DNA of 64,000 nt from NCBI RefSeq assembly GCF_018977255.1, contig NW_024704743.1, positions 47,556,001-47,620,000 on the forward strand. The letters run 5' to 3'. Below the pieces are notes generated by a model. The model did not search any database, was not told where the DNA came from, and saw nothing but the letters and a program-made list of their open reading frames with translations. Shown in pieces: positions 50,576-63,914 of this stretch (position 1 is its first letter; every line of letters starts with the position of its first letter). Source of the DNA: Callorhinchus milii. Its lineage: Eukaryota. The position numbers and the translations under genes were made by a program.

Positions 50576-51160
50576 AACTGAGTGGAAATAGAGCACTTGC
50601 CTCGCAAGCGAGAGACCTGGGTTCGATTCCCAACAGGGCAAGTTTCCTTACGCCACATGCCTCTTGTTTACCTAGCAGTAAGTAGGAACCCGGTTGTTAG
50701 TCGATTGGTGGATCACTTTTCCGGGGTAATAAATCCTTAAAAAATAATAATCATAAATTAATCACTTTAAATGCCTGATAATAATCCCTCAAGAAAAAAA
50801 TAATAAATTGGTCACTTCAATCCGCGACTGTTTATGGAACACTGCTGTGCACAATTGGCTGCTGTGTTTCACCCACAAATATAGTCAATTCACTTTACAG
50901 TATGTTCTGTGAAGCGCTTTGAGATGTCTAGAAGACGTGAAAAGTGCTATATCAAATACAAGGATTATTATTATAATCCCTTCAAAGTTTTAAATAAAAT
51001 TAATTGGTCACTCAATCCACAACTATTTGTGGGACAATACCACCTGCGTGTTTCACCCACAAAATACAGTGTCAATCCACTTTACAATATATCCTGTGAA
51101 GCGCTTTGAGATGTCTCAACAACAAGATAGGCGCTATATCAAATGCAAGGATTATTATTA
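50576..51160 (+). mobile_element. Tandem/compound SINE (long-variant head, short-variant body, extra 3' half)
   Basis: B box gggttcgattccc; the ataatccc module restarts three times; tails end near 50973 and 51160. Confidence 0.8.
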
Positions 51161-51259
51161 TCCTTTTTAGATTTCCTCATTCATTTTCATCTAAAATTCA
51201 AATGAATTAGCTATTCAATCTCATTGCTTGTTGGACATTGCAGACAAAAATGACCTCCC

Positions 51260-51555
51260 TTGTTTACCTCCTCACACTGGGGTGTGCTACCCAGTTCCAA
51301 TAGCAATTGTTCATGTGTCAGTCTCGCCAGTTAAGTGTTGGCAGATCACAGATGGCCTTAATTCTCCTTACCCTGTATTGCCAGGAGAGGGTGCTGAAGA
51401 GGGAGGAAGGTCAGTGAATCCTCCTGCTTTTAATCTCCTAAAACCTCGGAAAGCCACAGCCAATTTAGCCTTAACCGAGATCAGCAAACTCAACATCGAC
51501 CAAGATTCAGATCAGGAAGCTTGCGGTCTGTAAATGCAGCTCTACCCACTACACT
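51260..51555 (-). mobile_element. LF-SINE-like element
   Basis: gccaatttagccttaaccgagatcagcaaactcaac..accaagattcagatcaggaagcttg is the reverse complement of the 31505 copy. Confidence 0.55.
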
Positions 51556-52427
51556 ATCACTGCTGCCCCCTTAACATTTTCTTTGTCAAGGCAAGGTAGT
51601 TTGATCTTCTATTTCATCTCCCATCGATACCTCCAGACATGCTTTTAAGTAAAAACTCTGAAGTAAAAGATTTAACATGTATATTTGTACCTAGTGCCAG
51701 CCTTTGGGCCATTAGGTATTTAAGACTGGCAAATGCCATGAAATATATGACTTATATGAACATAAATATTTCAATACACATTATCAACGCATGACAATAC
51801 CAACTTGCCTTTATATCGCATCCTTCATGGGATAGTGTTTCGGAACGCTGCAAGTAGGATAGGTGTAATATCAAACCACTCCTACTGGAGGTATTTGAGG
51901 TATTTTATTAAATGTAATAAAAATTGAACAACATTTTTAATGAATAAGATGAAATAACTCAAAATTCCTGAAAAAAGAAAAATAAATATAAAAAGAATTT
52001 CATGGTACTGTACACATTATCAGTAATACAATACAAAATTACAGTATAGCGCCTTTCACGTCAAGAGGATGTCCCAAGGTGCAGATATAAAGGCTGGTGA
52101 AGAGGGACCAAAACCGAGCAAGAATGCTCTCCTATTCCCTGAAAAGCCAGGACACATTTGCAAACTTACCCTATCTGAGATTTGAACCAGCCAGCTCAGG
52201 GTCCATAAATTGCACCATCCAGCCTGTCCTTTTACTCCATTTCTAATTCATTTCATTCTGTAAAGAGACATTTCTTTTACACAAAGGTGGTATATAAATT
52301 TCAGATGCATTGTAAATTATATGCAAATGATTGCACTAAAGTTGGGCTTGATGTTGTCTTGAGGAGTGTTGGGGTAGATTGTGATTGCAGAATGGTGTAA
52401 GGCTCGGATACCTACCTACGATGTGTT

Positions 52428-52822
52428 AATAATAATCCTCGCATTTCATATATCATGTTGTTGTGACGTCTCAAAGCGCTTTACAGAATATATTGTAAAG
52501 TGGAGCGACTGTGTATTTTGTGGGCAAATTGTGCACAGCATTGTCCCACAAACAGTCATGGATTTCACCGTGGTGTTCTGTGAAACGCTTTAGGTGAACC
52601 TTTGGCAAGTTACCTTAGTCCACACGCCTAATAATAATCCCTCCAAAACAGAACAATTGGTCATTTTCAATCCACGACTGTTTGTGGGACATTGCTGTGT
52701 GCAATTGGCTGCCGCGTTTCGCTCACAAATATACGGTCAATTCACTTTACAGTCTATTCTGTGAAGCGCTTTGAGACGTTGAGAAGACGTGAAAAGCGCT
52801 GTATCAAGGATTATTTTTTATT
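52428..52822. mobile_element. Two SINE fragments head-to-head (minus 52428-52563, plus 52592-52822)
   Basis: Both carry the shared SINE 3' half, in opposite orientations. Confidence 0.75.
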
Positions 52823-52986
52823 ATAAATCGTTACTTGGCTTTTCTTTTCAATTCCACACCGAAAATGCTGTGTAGTTTGTTGTCTCTGAACCAGTATGCA
52901 GATGATTGTCATAAAGGACACAGATAGCTGTAATGTCCAGGTATCTTTTCAAAATGTCGTTATTTCTAAGGAATTCAAAAATGCAT

Positions 52987-53398
52987 TCAGGCTGACTCAG
53001 TGGTAGCACTCTTGCCTCTGAGTCAGAGGTTTGTGGGTTCAAGCCCCATGTTGGTCTTGAACTCACATCATTTAAGCTGACACTCCATTGCAATGCTGGG
53101 GTGGCTGGGGTTTGTTGCTTTCTTGGAAGTGCCTTTTTTGATTGAGATATTAAACCGAGGTCCTGTCTGCCTGTTCAGGTTGATGTTAAAGATCCCATGG
53201 CATTATTTCAAAATAGTTGTCTTGGCCAACAATCCTCCAAATATAATTGGTCATTCACTTCATGGCTGTTTGAGATAATGCTGTTCGTGAACTGGCTGCC
53301 ATGTAACACAGTCAAAACCACTTTGCAGTTCTGTGAAGTGCTTTGAGGCATCTCGATGACATGATAAGGCACTGTATTAAATGCAAGGCCTATTATTA
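52987..53398 (+). mobile_element. Deu-domain SINE
   Basis: ttaaaccgaggtcctgtctgcctgttcaggttgatgttaaagatcccatggcattattt. Confidence 0.85.
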
Positions 53399-56300
53399 AA
53401 TCTTTACCTGGCTTTTCTTTTCAATGCCACACTGAAACTAGTGTGTAATTTAGTTAGTTCTCTCTTCAAGACCTCACAGGTAAGTGACACTGGCATGTTT
53501 TTAACATTGAAGACACTTTTATATTGTTGAAGTGTGTGGTGGCTGTAAACGTGGAAACAATTTCCTCACTGATTTGAGACGATTGGTATGCTTTCCTCAA
53601 TCACAACGGAAATAATAAAATTTAAAAACATTTAGTGGTGCCCAGCACTCAGCTCACTTGCACCTGGTGCTCCTAATTGCATTTGTTTCCATCATCACTC
53701 AAAACTAGGAGGCTAAATAGCCACCTTCAATATTTATGAATGTATATTGGGTATTAACTTGTAAAACAAAATTATGGGAATTGTGTGATATTGTTAAATC
53801 CAAGGTGATGACATCTTGAATTGTTTGAAAAGTAAGGTTTGTTATAATTTGAAGGCCAGCTACACTTTTAGCTGCAAACCAATTTATGCCAATATGAAAT
53901 TCTACACATTTGCACACAAGGGCATTGATTTTTGTTCTTATGGTTTATTGCAGAGCATTCTTTGCTAAAAAGAAAGGATCTCAATAAAATGTAAGATAGG
54001 GTTCCAGGGACTTGTGTGGCAGTTTCAGTGTTTACTGATAAGAAAGCTTTCTGCTTTCTTAGTGCCATAAAATTATCAAAGCAAGGCATCTGCTGAATGC
54101 AACAGTTTGCAAGAGATTGCCTGAGTTATTTTTTTTATCTTAAAAGCATGGTAGGGTAAAGTAAACGTTTTGTTTCTACATTTGCCCTTAAGGCAAGAAT
54201 AACGCCCCATAAAGTTTGCTATTTCTTGCTACAGTGCTGCACTGGTTGAGGCCAATTTTATTTATTACAGTCCTCTCTAGGGTCTGGAATGTCTTGCCTG
54301 GCAGCCTTTTAACTAGGCCAGCAGATTTCAAATGTTAAATTTAGTAGCTGCATGCAAATATTAATTGTTAACAGAATCATTATTACCAACAGTAACATAA
54401 CTGGCCAAAGCCATGTCTGGGATTGGCTAGTTCCCAATAAGTGTATTGAATAAAACACTTTAAAGTTTGTGCATTTAGAAAGTTCAAATGTTTTTATTGT
54501 GTATTCTGTTATTCTAATTAATTTGTAAATTTGAAAAAGCTGAGCATTACTACTTTTAAAATGCAAATGAACAGCATAAAGGTAAAAGTAAACCTATCTT
54601 TATTGAATATCGGATTCAGTTATAAAATTTCAATCAAATATGGTCTTTCCGTGAATTGATTTATTTTATCAAAAGAGATTACTACAAATTGGCTTGCAGA
54701 TTTAAAATTCGATAACACATTGATAACTTGATTTTGTGTTCCAATGATTTCTGAATCATTTTTGTTCAAGCAAACTGGTACTTCATAAAAATGTCACCAA
54801 TTGAATTGAACATTAAGCACCTACGCATTCTGCTCTGGGCTGTTGAAATAAATTCAGACCAGGTGTCCCTCTCATAACAGAACCCTCTGATGTGTTCCGA
54901 TAATGAGCTTGAAAACGGAAACTGTCATTTTTCAAATGGCTTGAAGAATGCAATTAGAGAAGTTTTAAAAGTGCCAAGGGACACTATCACATCAACAAAG
55001 CATCAGTTCCATGTACAGACATTTCTTCTAAGAATAGTGTTTTCCTAAATGTAAGCTCGTGTGTTTTTGTTTGTTTCGTATCTGTTTTTCATTGATCAAA
55101 ACTAGGTCAGCATATGCCTGGATACATTGTGCTTTTCTATATAAAAGCTCTTACTCAGATAAACCATTGATGAATTTAAGCAGTTGACCTCAACAAATCA
55201 AGCAATATTTTAGCTCATTTTATTGCTGCACCACGTTGGCTAAAAACACAGACACAAATGCTGCGGAGGAAGTTCAGTCTTTTTTGTGATTACAATTGTC
55301 TACCTGAAAGAACATTATCCTATTTGATAATCTTTATCGTTTATCATTTCTGAATAAAACACTTTCAAATTTGCTACTGTTTAGAGGTGATCATAATATA
55401 TCTTAAAACAGTCACAATAGATCTTTTAGTGTCCTGTGGAAATTGCATTTTTGTCTGTAAAGAAAGGCCAACTTCAGCTGATGGTGAGGAGAGAAGACCA
55501 AATGTGCTTAATGATCATTAAATATTTAAGGGGGAAAGAAAATCTAGGCTATTGACACACTCCACTATGGTGTGGTAGAGCTCCTGTTAATGTCTGAGAT
55601 TTACTTACATGGTGAGTTCTTGATCAAAACCAGACCTGTCTGAGTAAGTGCTGAGAAGATGCAAAGCATTCCTGAAGGGGAGAAAGGGAAAAAAGGAATA
55701 TATAAAGCAAGAGTTAATTTTTGCTCCTGTGTACCACCTCAACATCAACAAGCCCTGGTATAGCACTTTTCACATCATAGGGAACTTCTCAGAGCATGCG
55801 GGGAAGGAACTTGGATGTAAGGCTGTCCTCTGGCTCCATTAGCTCATTTTTTAAGAGCTTAAAAAAAAAGCTGACTTCTGTGTTGTCAGATGTTCATGTC
55901 ACTTCCTGCATGTTGCATGTTATACACGAAAAGTGTCACTGACATCACATGGTGCAGCAGGCACGGTGTGACGCAACTGAAGACCCTCCAACTCAGAAGT
56001 TGACCATTTTGTACGGTGAGAAACTGGCTTGTCAATGCTGGATGCTGGCGCATCATGTTTCCACTTAGCGAGAGTTCAACACAAATCCAATGGTGTCAGT
56101 GAGGCAGCACTATAAAACGGGCATGTAGTAACGGGCTTTCCCTGTAATTGATGAGAAAATGAAATGAATGTTATATAGACAAATCGTGAAGCTTATCTGT
56201 GCCAGCAACATCTCATAAACAAAAATGAGAAGAGCAACCAATTAATTTGAATTTGAGATAAATTTGAGATGTGGAGGGGGATGCAGATTCTTTTATGACC

Positions 56301-56677
56301 ACCTGAATCACAAGGTAGGTGAGATCCAAAATTAATAGCACTAAAAGAATTGGTTCATGATCTAGAAAAAAATTTGTATAATTATGGATTGTTGGTTTGT
56401 GGGAAAATACGGCAGCCAAACAGCACCAGCAACATACCACAAAGGGTAAAATTAAAATTGAGGAAGGAAACAAAAGTTTTCCAGTGTGGATTTGATATAA
56501 CATAACATGTAGGAGCAGGGACGTCTTGTAGGAAGCATTCCATTAATTTTGTTTCCATTCATCAATACCTAGTTGATATTTTAAAGGTTTACAGTATTAT
56601 TAAGTAAATCTCAGAAATAGAGCACAGCAAATAGTATTACAGTAGTAATAATTAGTGATAAGTAATCCTTATTACTT

Positions 56678-56995
56678 ACCTGGGTGCGATTCCGGAGCAG
56701 GGTGAAACGTTAGGATAGTTTCCTTACTCCACATGCCCCTGTTTACCAAGTAGTAAGTAGGAACCTGATTCTTAGTCGATTGGCAGGTTGCTTTTCTGGG
56801 GGTAATAATCCCTTCAAAAATAAATTTTAAAAATAATGATTTGGTCACCCAATCCACGACTGTTCGTGGGCCACTGCTGCCATGTTTCGCCCACAAAATA
56901 CACAGTCAATTTACTTTACAGTATATTCTGTGAAGAATTTTGAGACGTCTCGAAGACGTGATAAGGCGCTATATCAAATGCAAGGCTTATTATTA
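56678..56995 (+). mobile_element. tRNA-derived SINE (long variant), 5'-truncated
   Basis: agtttccttactccacatgcccctgtttaccaagtagtaagtaggaacc.. followed by the tail. Confidence 0.85.
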
Positions 56996-58917
56996 TGTGT
57001 TTCTGGTTTATCACAGATCTGAATATGTTAACATCCTCAGTAGAATTTCAGTTCTCCACAAAACATTGTAAGAACACATAAGCTGATCTGATGGTGGTGA
57101 GCAATTTCATGCATGGTTGGGTAATTATGCCAATAAGTCCACGATGCTTGTTGTCTCATCACGTGATTCATATATTTTTAAAGCAGTCTGCATAAATGCT
57201 TTTGAGGATCAAAATCCCAAGCAATGTGCACTTCTGAGGCATTTCTTAAAATTGGTGTATTTTGTATTTACTAAGTAAATTCCCAAATGTATTTTTTCCA
57301 AGTGTTCAAAGTTTTTGCTGTTTTTATTCAATGTAAACTGGCTATTAAAGAGGGTGTTAAAATATGGAACTATTAAGAAGCCAAGTTTTGAATATGACCC
57401 ATCACCAGAACTGGAAGGAGAGGTTGGCAAAAAATATTTTCGTTTTGAAGAAGACAACTATAACCTGAGCTGGAAAACAGACACAAAACAAAACAGAATG
57501 TGAAATACTGGAAGATAAGGCTTTACAAAAGTTAACTGACAAATATCTGCATATAGCTTCAAGTGCCTTGCTCTCCAGGGGGCATTTTCATACTCTAGAG
57601 TATTTACTTGTGCTGCTATATTTTGCAACTGATAGAGCTTCTTGTGAGTTTACAGACCTCCCTCTAGCTATGTCTGTAATGGAAATTCCTTGATCTCTCC
57701 TTAAATACCCTCTATTTAACATGTATATAATAGCCTGGATTGGGGTTAGTTTCCTGGACTCTCATAAATCTGAGATCCTTTTTGTTCACGTTTCAACATG
57801 ATCCACTCAAGAATATCTGGGAATGTCCATCCATGTGTTTGCTGGCACTCAAATAGGTTGTTTTCTTGCCTTCAACTTAACATTCAGCTCACTACATTTA
57901 GATTTGTGTTTTGTGTATTTTGAAGCTGGAAGTTAGATATTTGTGCAAGATGGTCATCTGAACCTTTCATGTCACATAAGGCCTGGAAGGTTGGATTGCA
58001 AAATGTATTCAAACTATCCATTGCAGACTAGGATTGCCATTTAAAAGGGTTATAATTTCTATTAGCATCAGTGATTAAAAAAAGTATTTGAAGTCTTTGC
58101 TTCTGAAATTATCTGAGGAAGATAGTCCAGCTTTTGATTGTCTGTGATTCCATGAATATTAAGGTTTTAACTTTATTTCTCTAGCAATAGTGCTTTGCTA
58201 TCATGGCTTGACTATGTGGTGCTAGATTCCTTCATTGGTCAATTATTTTTATTTTGAAGTTAGGTAACTTTCAACAGAGTATAGGTAACATAATATGTTA
58301 CAAATTATTATTGGTTAGTTAGTTTACAATCACCGAGGGGCTTCACATATCTGTCCAGAAGCTCTTTCACCCTCCTTCCAAGGTTACATATTGAAATCCA
58401 TTCTTAAGAATTCCAACTGACTCCCAAAATCGAGTTACTTGGGTCACATTTTTAGACCTCTTTGTGAATTGTCCCTTTACCCTTTTGAGGGTATAGTAAT
58501 GCTTTCACATCATAGCTCTGCTTTAGCAGGGGGTAATAGATTCAGGTTCATTGATTAATTTTCACAATGGGTTTCTATCCGCAAATATATTTGAGTTGAA
58601 AATAGTCATCTTAAGTTGACCCTGATCTACCAGTAACCCGCTTTCTTAAAACGTATTTGTGCCTCAGATCTTTCTCCACCAACAGTAAATAGATTGTGCT
58701 GTTTTTCTTCACCATTTTGTTTTAAGGTTAAAGTCGCTACGAGACACGTCTCGAGAGGGTGCAGAACAGATGAGAATCACTTGATAGCTTGGTACTGTTT
58801 GTTATTACCAGAGAGGCAGCATTATATCAACTTTTTGGAGTGAATTATTTTTCAGAAATTATTTAAATGGAGGAACATTTAATTCCCTAGTTCGATAACA
58901 AAGCAATTTTGTTGTTG

Positions 58918-59885
58918 AGTCAGCCTGGCTCAATGCTAGCATTCTTCCCTCTGGATCAGAAGATTGTCGATTCAAGCCCTTTATTGGGACTTGGGAGGAA
59001 GGCTGCATATTTGGAGTTGCTGTCTTTTAGATGAGCTCTTAAACCAAGGACCCATCTGTCTTTTCTGGAGAATATCAAAGATCCCATGGCACTATTTTGA
59101 AAAGAGTGGATAGTTTTTCCTGGTGTTCTGACCCCCAGTCCTCCAGGTTAATTAGTTATTCACATGCATCAATGATTTGGAAATGTGCATGGGAGAATAA
59201 TAATCCTTGCATTTGATATAATCATTGAGACGTTTCAAATACCTTTACAGAATATACTGTAAAGTGTAGTGATTGTTTATTTTGTGGGTGACATTATATT
59301 ATAAACAGTTGTGGATTGAGTAATCATTTTTTTAAGGCACTGTGAAAAGTCCTTTCTGGTGTCAGTCTGGCTCAGTTGGTTGCACTCTTGTCTCTGGATT
59401 AAAAAGGGTCATGGACTTTGAATGGGACTTTGAACTCGTAGTCTAGACTGATACTTTCACCACTTTCAAAGGCGGTCTCATGACCTTCCTCTTTGTGCTT
59501 TTGGTTATCTTTCCCCTCCCCACCCCTTCATCTCTCACTCTCAGCTCAGGTGTCAAGCTAGGACTATCGAGCACTTTGGGACGTCTCCTGATGTGAAAGA
59601 TGCTGGAAAATGTAAATTCGTATTTTATAGTTTAATGCAGTGTTGGCGGAATGCTGCATTGTCCATAGTGCCAACCTTTGGATAAGACATTAAACTGAGG
59701 TTCCAGCTGCCTGTTTGGGTGAATGTTAAAGATCCCATGGCATTATTCAAACAGAAGGGAGTTTCTCCTGATGTCCTGGTCAAAAATCTCCCAGATAAAA
59801 TTAGTCATTCACTTCACAGCTGTTTGTGGAACATTTCTTTGCACAAATCTGCTGGTGCATTTGCCTATTATATTCACATAAAATA
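58918..59885 (+). mobile_element. Cluster of two Deu SINEs (58918-59165; 59360-59885 split by an L2 3' end at about 59460-59620) and a minus-strand SINE tail (59197-59330)
   Basis: aaagatcccatggca core occurs twice; an L2 tail gcactttgggacgtctcctgatgtgaaag lies within the second copy. Confidence 0.7.
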
Positions 59886-60993
59886 CACATTACAGTAAAT
59901 TTACCCTTAGTTACACCTACCCATCCATCCGTCTTTCTTTCTTGAGCAATATAACTATTGTATTCTGTGTAGCATTAGCAGGTAGAGGTAATCTTTTGTC
60001 CAAACAGTTTATCTGTTAACACAGACAATCATGTTGTCCATTTGTATAAACTGTAATTGTATCTTTATCAACGCATAATGCAGTTATTTAATATTGATGC
60101 AATTATTTTTTCTTATGAAAACCACACCAAATAACCTCTACTCAGAAAGATTGCATGGAGTACATTCCTGCAGTTGGTGCAACTTCCTTGTTTGCAACAG
60201 CAATTGCATTTTCACTAGATGAATTATAGGACAACCACATGGTAATTTCAGCATACGTTTTCCAGACATTAAAATGTAATTTTGCTGATCAGATCCCTGT
60301 GGGAAAGCATTTGCAGAGGTAACATCTGTCTAACTGATTCTTGCATTATTTGCATTGCACTCAAAAGAGTCACTCTGGTTTCTCCCTGCAGATTTTATTT
60401 AATGGATATTGTTGTAGCTCTCTTTAATAGCACTTATTTGGGTGTGTACCAATAAACATCTGTAGAAAAGCCAATCTAAAGTGGAAAGGAATATTTCTGC
60501 TGTACTAACTTGTTTCTCTTATGGTAATATTAGCCAGACCATTTTAATAAAAAGTGAGAACGGGAGAAAAACAGTGAGTTTCACACCCATTGGAATGAAT
60601 CGTGAATTTTTAAAATTTTGAGTGCCACAGTTTTTTTAAACTTTTGATCAGACAAATTGTGCACCTGCCATAACTGCAGAACAGAACATGAAGAAAAACA
60701 CTGGACTAAACAATAACTAAAAGAGCCCACACAAACGTACAGTGGCATGTGCCTCAAGTTTTATTGGATATATGTGTGTGCGTGTAAGAGAGAGAGAAAG
60801 AGGGAATGTGGGAAATCGTTCATGTTTAGATCCAGAAATCAATCCCAGAATCAACATATATTCACTTGCATTCCACTGTTTCCATGCAAATGTGGGACAC
60901 TGCCAATCAGAAAGTCAATGTGTAGCATAATCCTTTCATTTGATAAAGTGCTTTTCATTTCATGAGGATATCTCAAAGAGCTTCACAGGTCAT

Positions 60994-61585
60994 TAATAAT
61001 AATAATCCTTGCATTTGATATAGAACTGCACAGAATATACTGTAAAGTGAATTGACTGTATACTTTGTAGGCGAAATGTGGCAGCCAAATGTGCACAGCA
61101 GTGTCCCACAAACACTTGTGAATTGAGTGACCAAATTATTATTATTTTTTAAGGGATTATTAAAAGCTATCGGCTAATCAACTAACAACTGGGTTCCTAC
61201 TTATGCTGCTAGGTAAACAGAGGTGTGTGGAGTAAGGAAACTTGCGTACATTACACTGTAAAGTGTACTGACTGTTTTTTGTAGGCGAAAGCGACAGCTA
61301 ATTTGTTCATAGCAGCGCCACATGAACAGCCAAGAAGTGAATGACCAATTTTATTTGGGGTTTGTTGGCCAGGATACTCTGAGGACCTCCCTTTTTCGAG
61401 TAGTGTCATGTTATCTTTAACGTCCACTTGAACAGGCAGACGGTTATCTCGGTTTATCATCTCATCTAAAGCACATGACCTCCAACATTGCAGCACACCC
61501 CCAGCACTGCATTAGAGTGTCAGACAACATGGGGATTGAACGCACAGTTTTCGGACTCTGAAGTATGGTACCATCTGAGTAGCTT
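60994..61585 (-). mobile_element. SINE (60994-61245) nested in the tail of a Deu SINE (to about 61585)
   Basis: ctaggtaaacagaggtgtgtggagtaaggaaacttg is followed by tctttaacgtccacttgaacaggcagacg. Confidence 0.7.
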
Positions 61586-61697
61586 GAAGGTGGAACTGGA
61601 GAAGTACCAAACAAGTTTTTGGAAATGACCACCCAATTTTCAGCCTTCCTGAAAAGAAAAACGTGGATTAAAATTGGATGGGAGAATAAGTTGTTTC

Positions 61698-62100
61698 TGC
61701 CTGGCTCAGTTGGTAGCATTCTCGCCTCTGAGTCAAAAGGTTGTGGGTTTAAGCTCCTGAGTCAGGAACTATATAGTTTATGCTGACACTCCAATGCAGT
61801 GCTGGGGGGAGGGGGGCACTGCATTATCTGAGGTGCTTTGCTTCTGATGAGGCGTTGAAAAAAGATCCCGTCTATCTGCCTATTCAGCTGGATGTTGAAA
61901 GATTCCATGACACTATTCAAAAAAAGAAGGGAATTTCTCCTACTCACGACATGGCTGTTTGTGGAACACTGCTGTACGCAAATTGGCTGTTGCATTTGCC
62001 CACAAAATACAGAGTCAACCACTTTAGCCTGTGAAGCACTTTGAGACATCTTGACGACATGATAAATCACTATTTCAACTGCAAGGATTACTATTATTCT
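61698..62100 (+). mobile_element. Deu-domain SINE
   Basis: gcctggctcagttggtagcattctcgcctctgagtca head, core and tail. Confidence 0.82.
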
Positions 62101-62549
62101 TGTTATTATTGTTATCTTATATAAGTAAACAACATCGCTTTGCCAAAAGTATAATAAAATCGTTATACTATGCTTCAGGCAGAAAGCTGTTTGCTACTTA
62201 ACATTTATCTACCATTGAATGATCAAGTTTTGAACAAATGCTTTGCAATCTTTAAAACAAAATTCTTTTAGATTCACAGACAACCCTCACTGAGCAGCTG
62301 TAACAATTAGAGTTCAGGCCTCTCCAGTGAGTAAATATTAGTTAAGCGTGTCATCAGGTCATCTTGGGTGTAAAAGACATTGGACGTAAGATCAGTTTGA
62401 AGATTCTGGTCAACAGTTTCCCTACAACTGGTAAATTCTTCTGTTTGCAAGTCCTCCTATGTATTTGGCATGCAGTTAGAGATGATATACTGCAGATTTG
62501 GGATTGATTTTAAGGAACCCGTGCTCCCAAATGTGTACAGTCAACAGAT

Positions 62550-63914
62550 GGATTCTGTGGTATCAACCAGGCTACCTCGAGGTCTTCCAACTGATCTGGG
62601 GGTCCAAGATGGATAGTGGTGTCCGCAGAGACACGATGCACAAAACCCTGGAAAAGCTGGGGAAAAGGGTCCCTAACGTAGCCCTGATCCTCATGGCCAC
62701 CTTTGTGTGTAGCTGCTTGAAGCTGTGCGTGGAGACCCGCTATGTGGGCAACAAATGCCACTAAGTGCTGGGTTTCTACCTGTACCCGGTGCTAAGAAGG
62801 GTGGGTCTGGCAGAACTGCCTTGAAACGTTCCACACAGTTGGAGCGTGCCGAACCACCTATCCTATGTTGGGAAATTCCTGAAGAACACCATCCTAAACC
62901 CCCGCGCAATCACCGAGTGGCCCACGCAGCAGGTAGTCAAAACAGTTCGAAAGGGGGAGAGGACAGACCCGATTGGGAGGTATCCTGCGGAGACAGCCAG
63001 CTACGTCTGGCAAATTCCTAGTCACTGGCCCTGATCAACAACCATCAGGACATGGGCTGACTGGTGTAAAAGGGGCTCCTCTTCAGGGCTTTCATGCACG
63101 GTTGAGGTCTGGGGCAGTCAGCAAGTTGCCCTCGGGCTGGCTGCAGAGGCCAGGAGACCATGGACCACCTTTTCCCGGAGTGTTGTTCTGCAAACGCAGT
63201 TTGGAAAAAGATGAAATGGATTCTTTCGCAGTTCGACCCGTTGTCACAGCACTCTGTGCTGTTCGGCCTCTTCTTAGGCACTCACAGTGAAATCCACATT
63301 GAGTGTGCCTGGAGGATCATATACTCGGTAAAGGAGGCCCTTTGGCACTCCCAACACCAGGTGTACTTCTGGCAGAATGAGGGGATGGTAAGGGCCTGCC
63401 TCAGACTCGCGCAGGCTAGGATCAGGGACTAGATACTGAGGGACAAGCTGAAGTTCGGTTCAACCACGGCAAAGGCCAGATGGGGCCTGACCCCAGCAGG
63501 AGCACAACCCGCTCAGGGCGCACCCACAGGGTAGCCCACGAGCGCACCCAAAACTGACTGAAGTAAGGGTACAGAAGGACGCTCGAGATGTAACCAAGGA
63601 GCATCCTGAAAATGTATGTACCATACGTGCACGTATGGTGCAATTCAGGGCGGCTTCTGAAAGCGGCAAGTGCACCTTATCAGGGTGTGTGAGAGTGGGC
63701 ACATGATATGGTGTACATAGGGGCGACTCCCGACTGTTAAAGAGAGCGTCCCCAAACAATGTGTGCACAACCTATGTGTGGTGAAGGAATGCACTGTAAA
63801 CAACAGAATGTTTTTTGTATCGGAAGAAAAGGAAAACATTGTAACAAAAGGTGTGTTTGTTTGTCTGTTGTTCTAAATATTATATTTATAAATAAATATA
63901 TATTTTTTAAAAAA
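62550..63914 (+). mobile_element. 5'-truncated, decayed Tx1-like (L1-group) LINE: ORF2 C-terminus, 3' UTR and polyA signal
   Basis: Fragments FQLIWGSKMD..RRDTMHK..VPNVALILMATFVC, zinc-knuckle remnant CP..C..ETMDHLFPEC, and WRIIYSVKEALW. The frame ends near 63534; AATAAA near 63891 precedes an A-run. Confidence 0.8.

Noticed and set aside
55790..56150. Possible DNA-transposon remnant (also about 22640-22865 and 41790-41910)
   Set aside because: Composition is suggestive but I could not identify terminal inverted repeats or a TSD.
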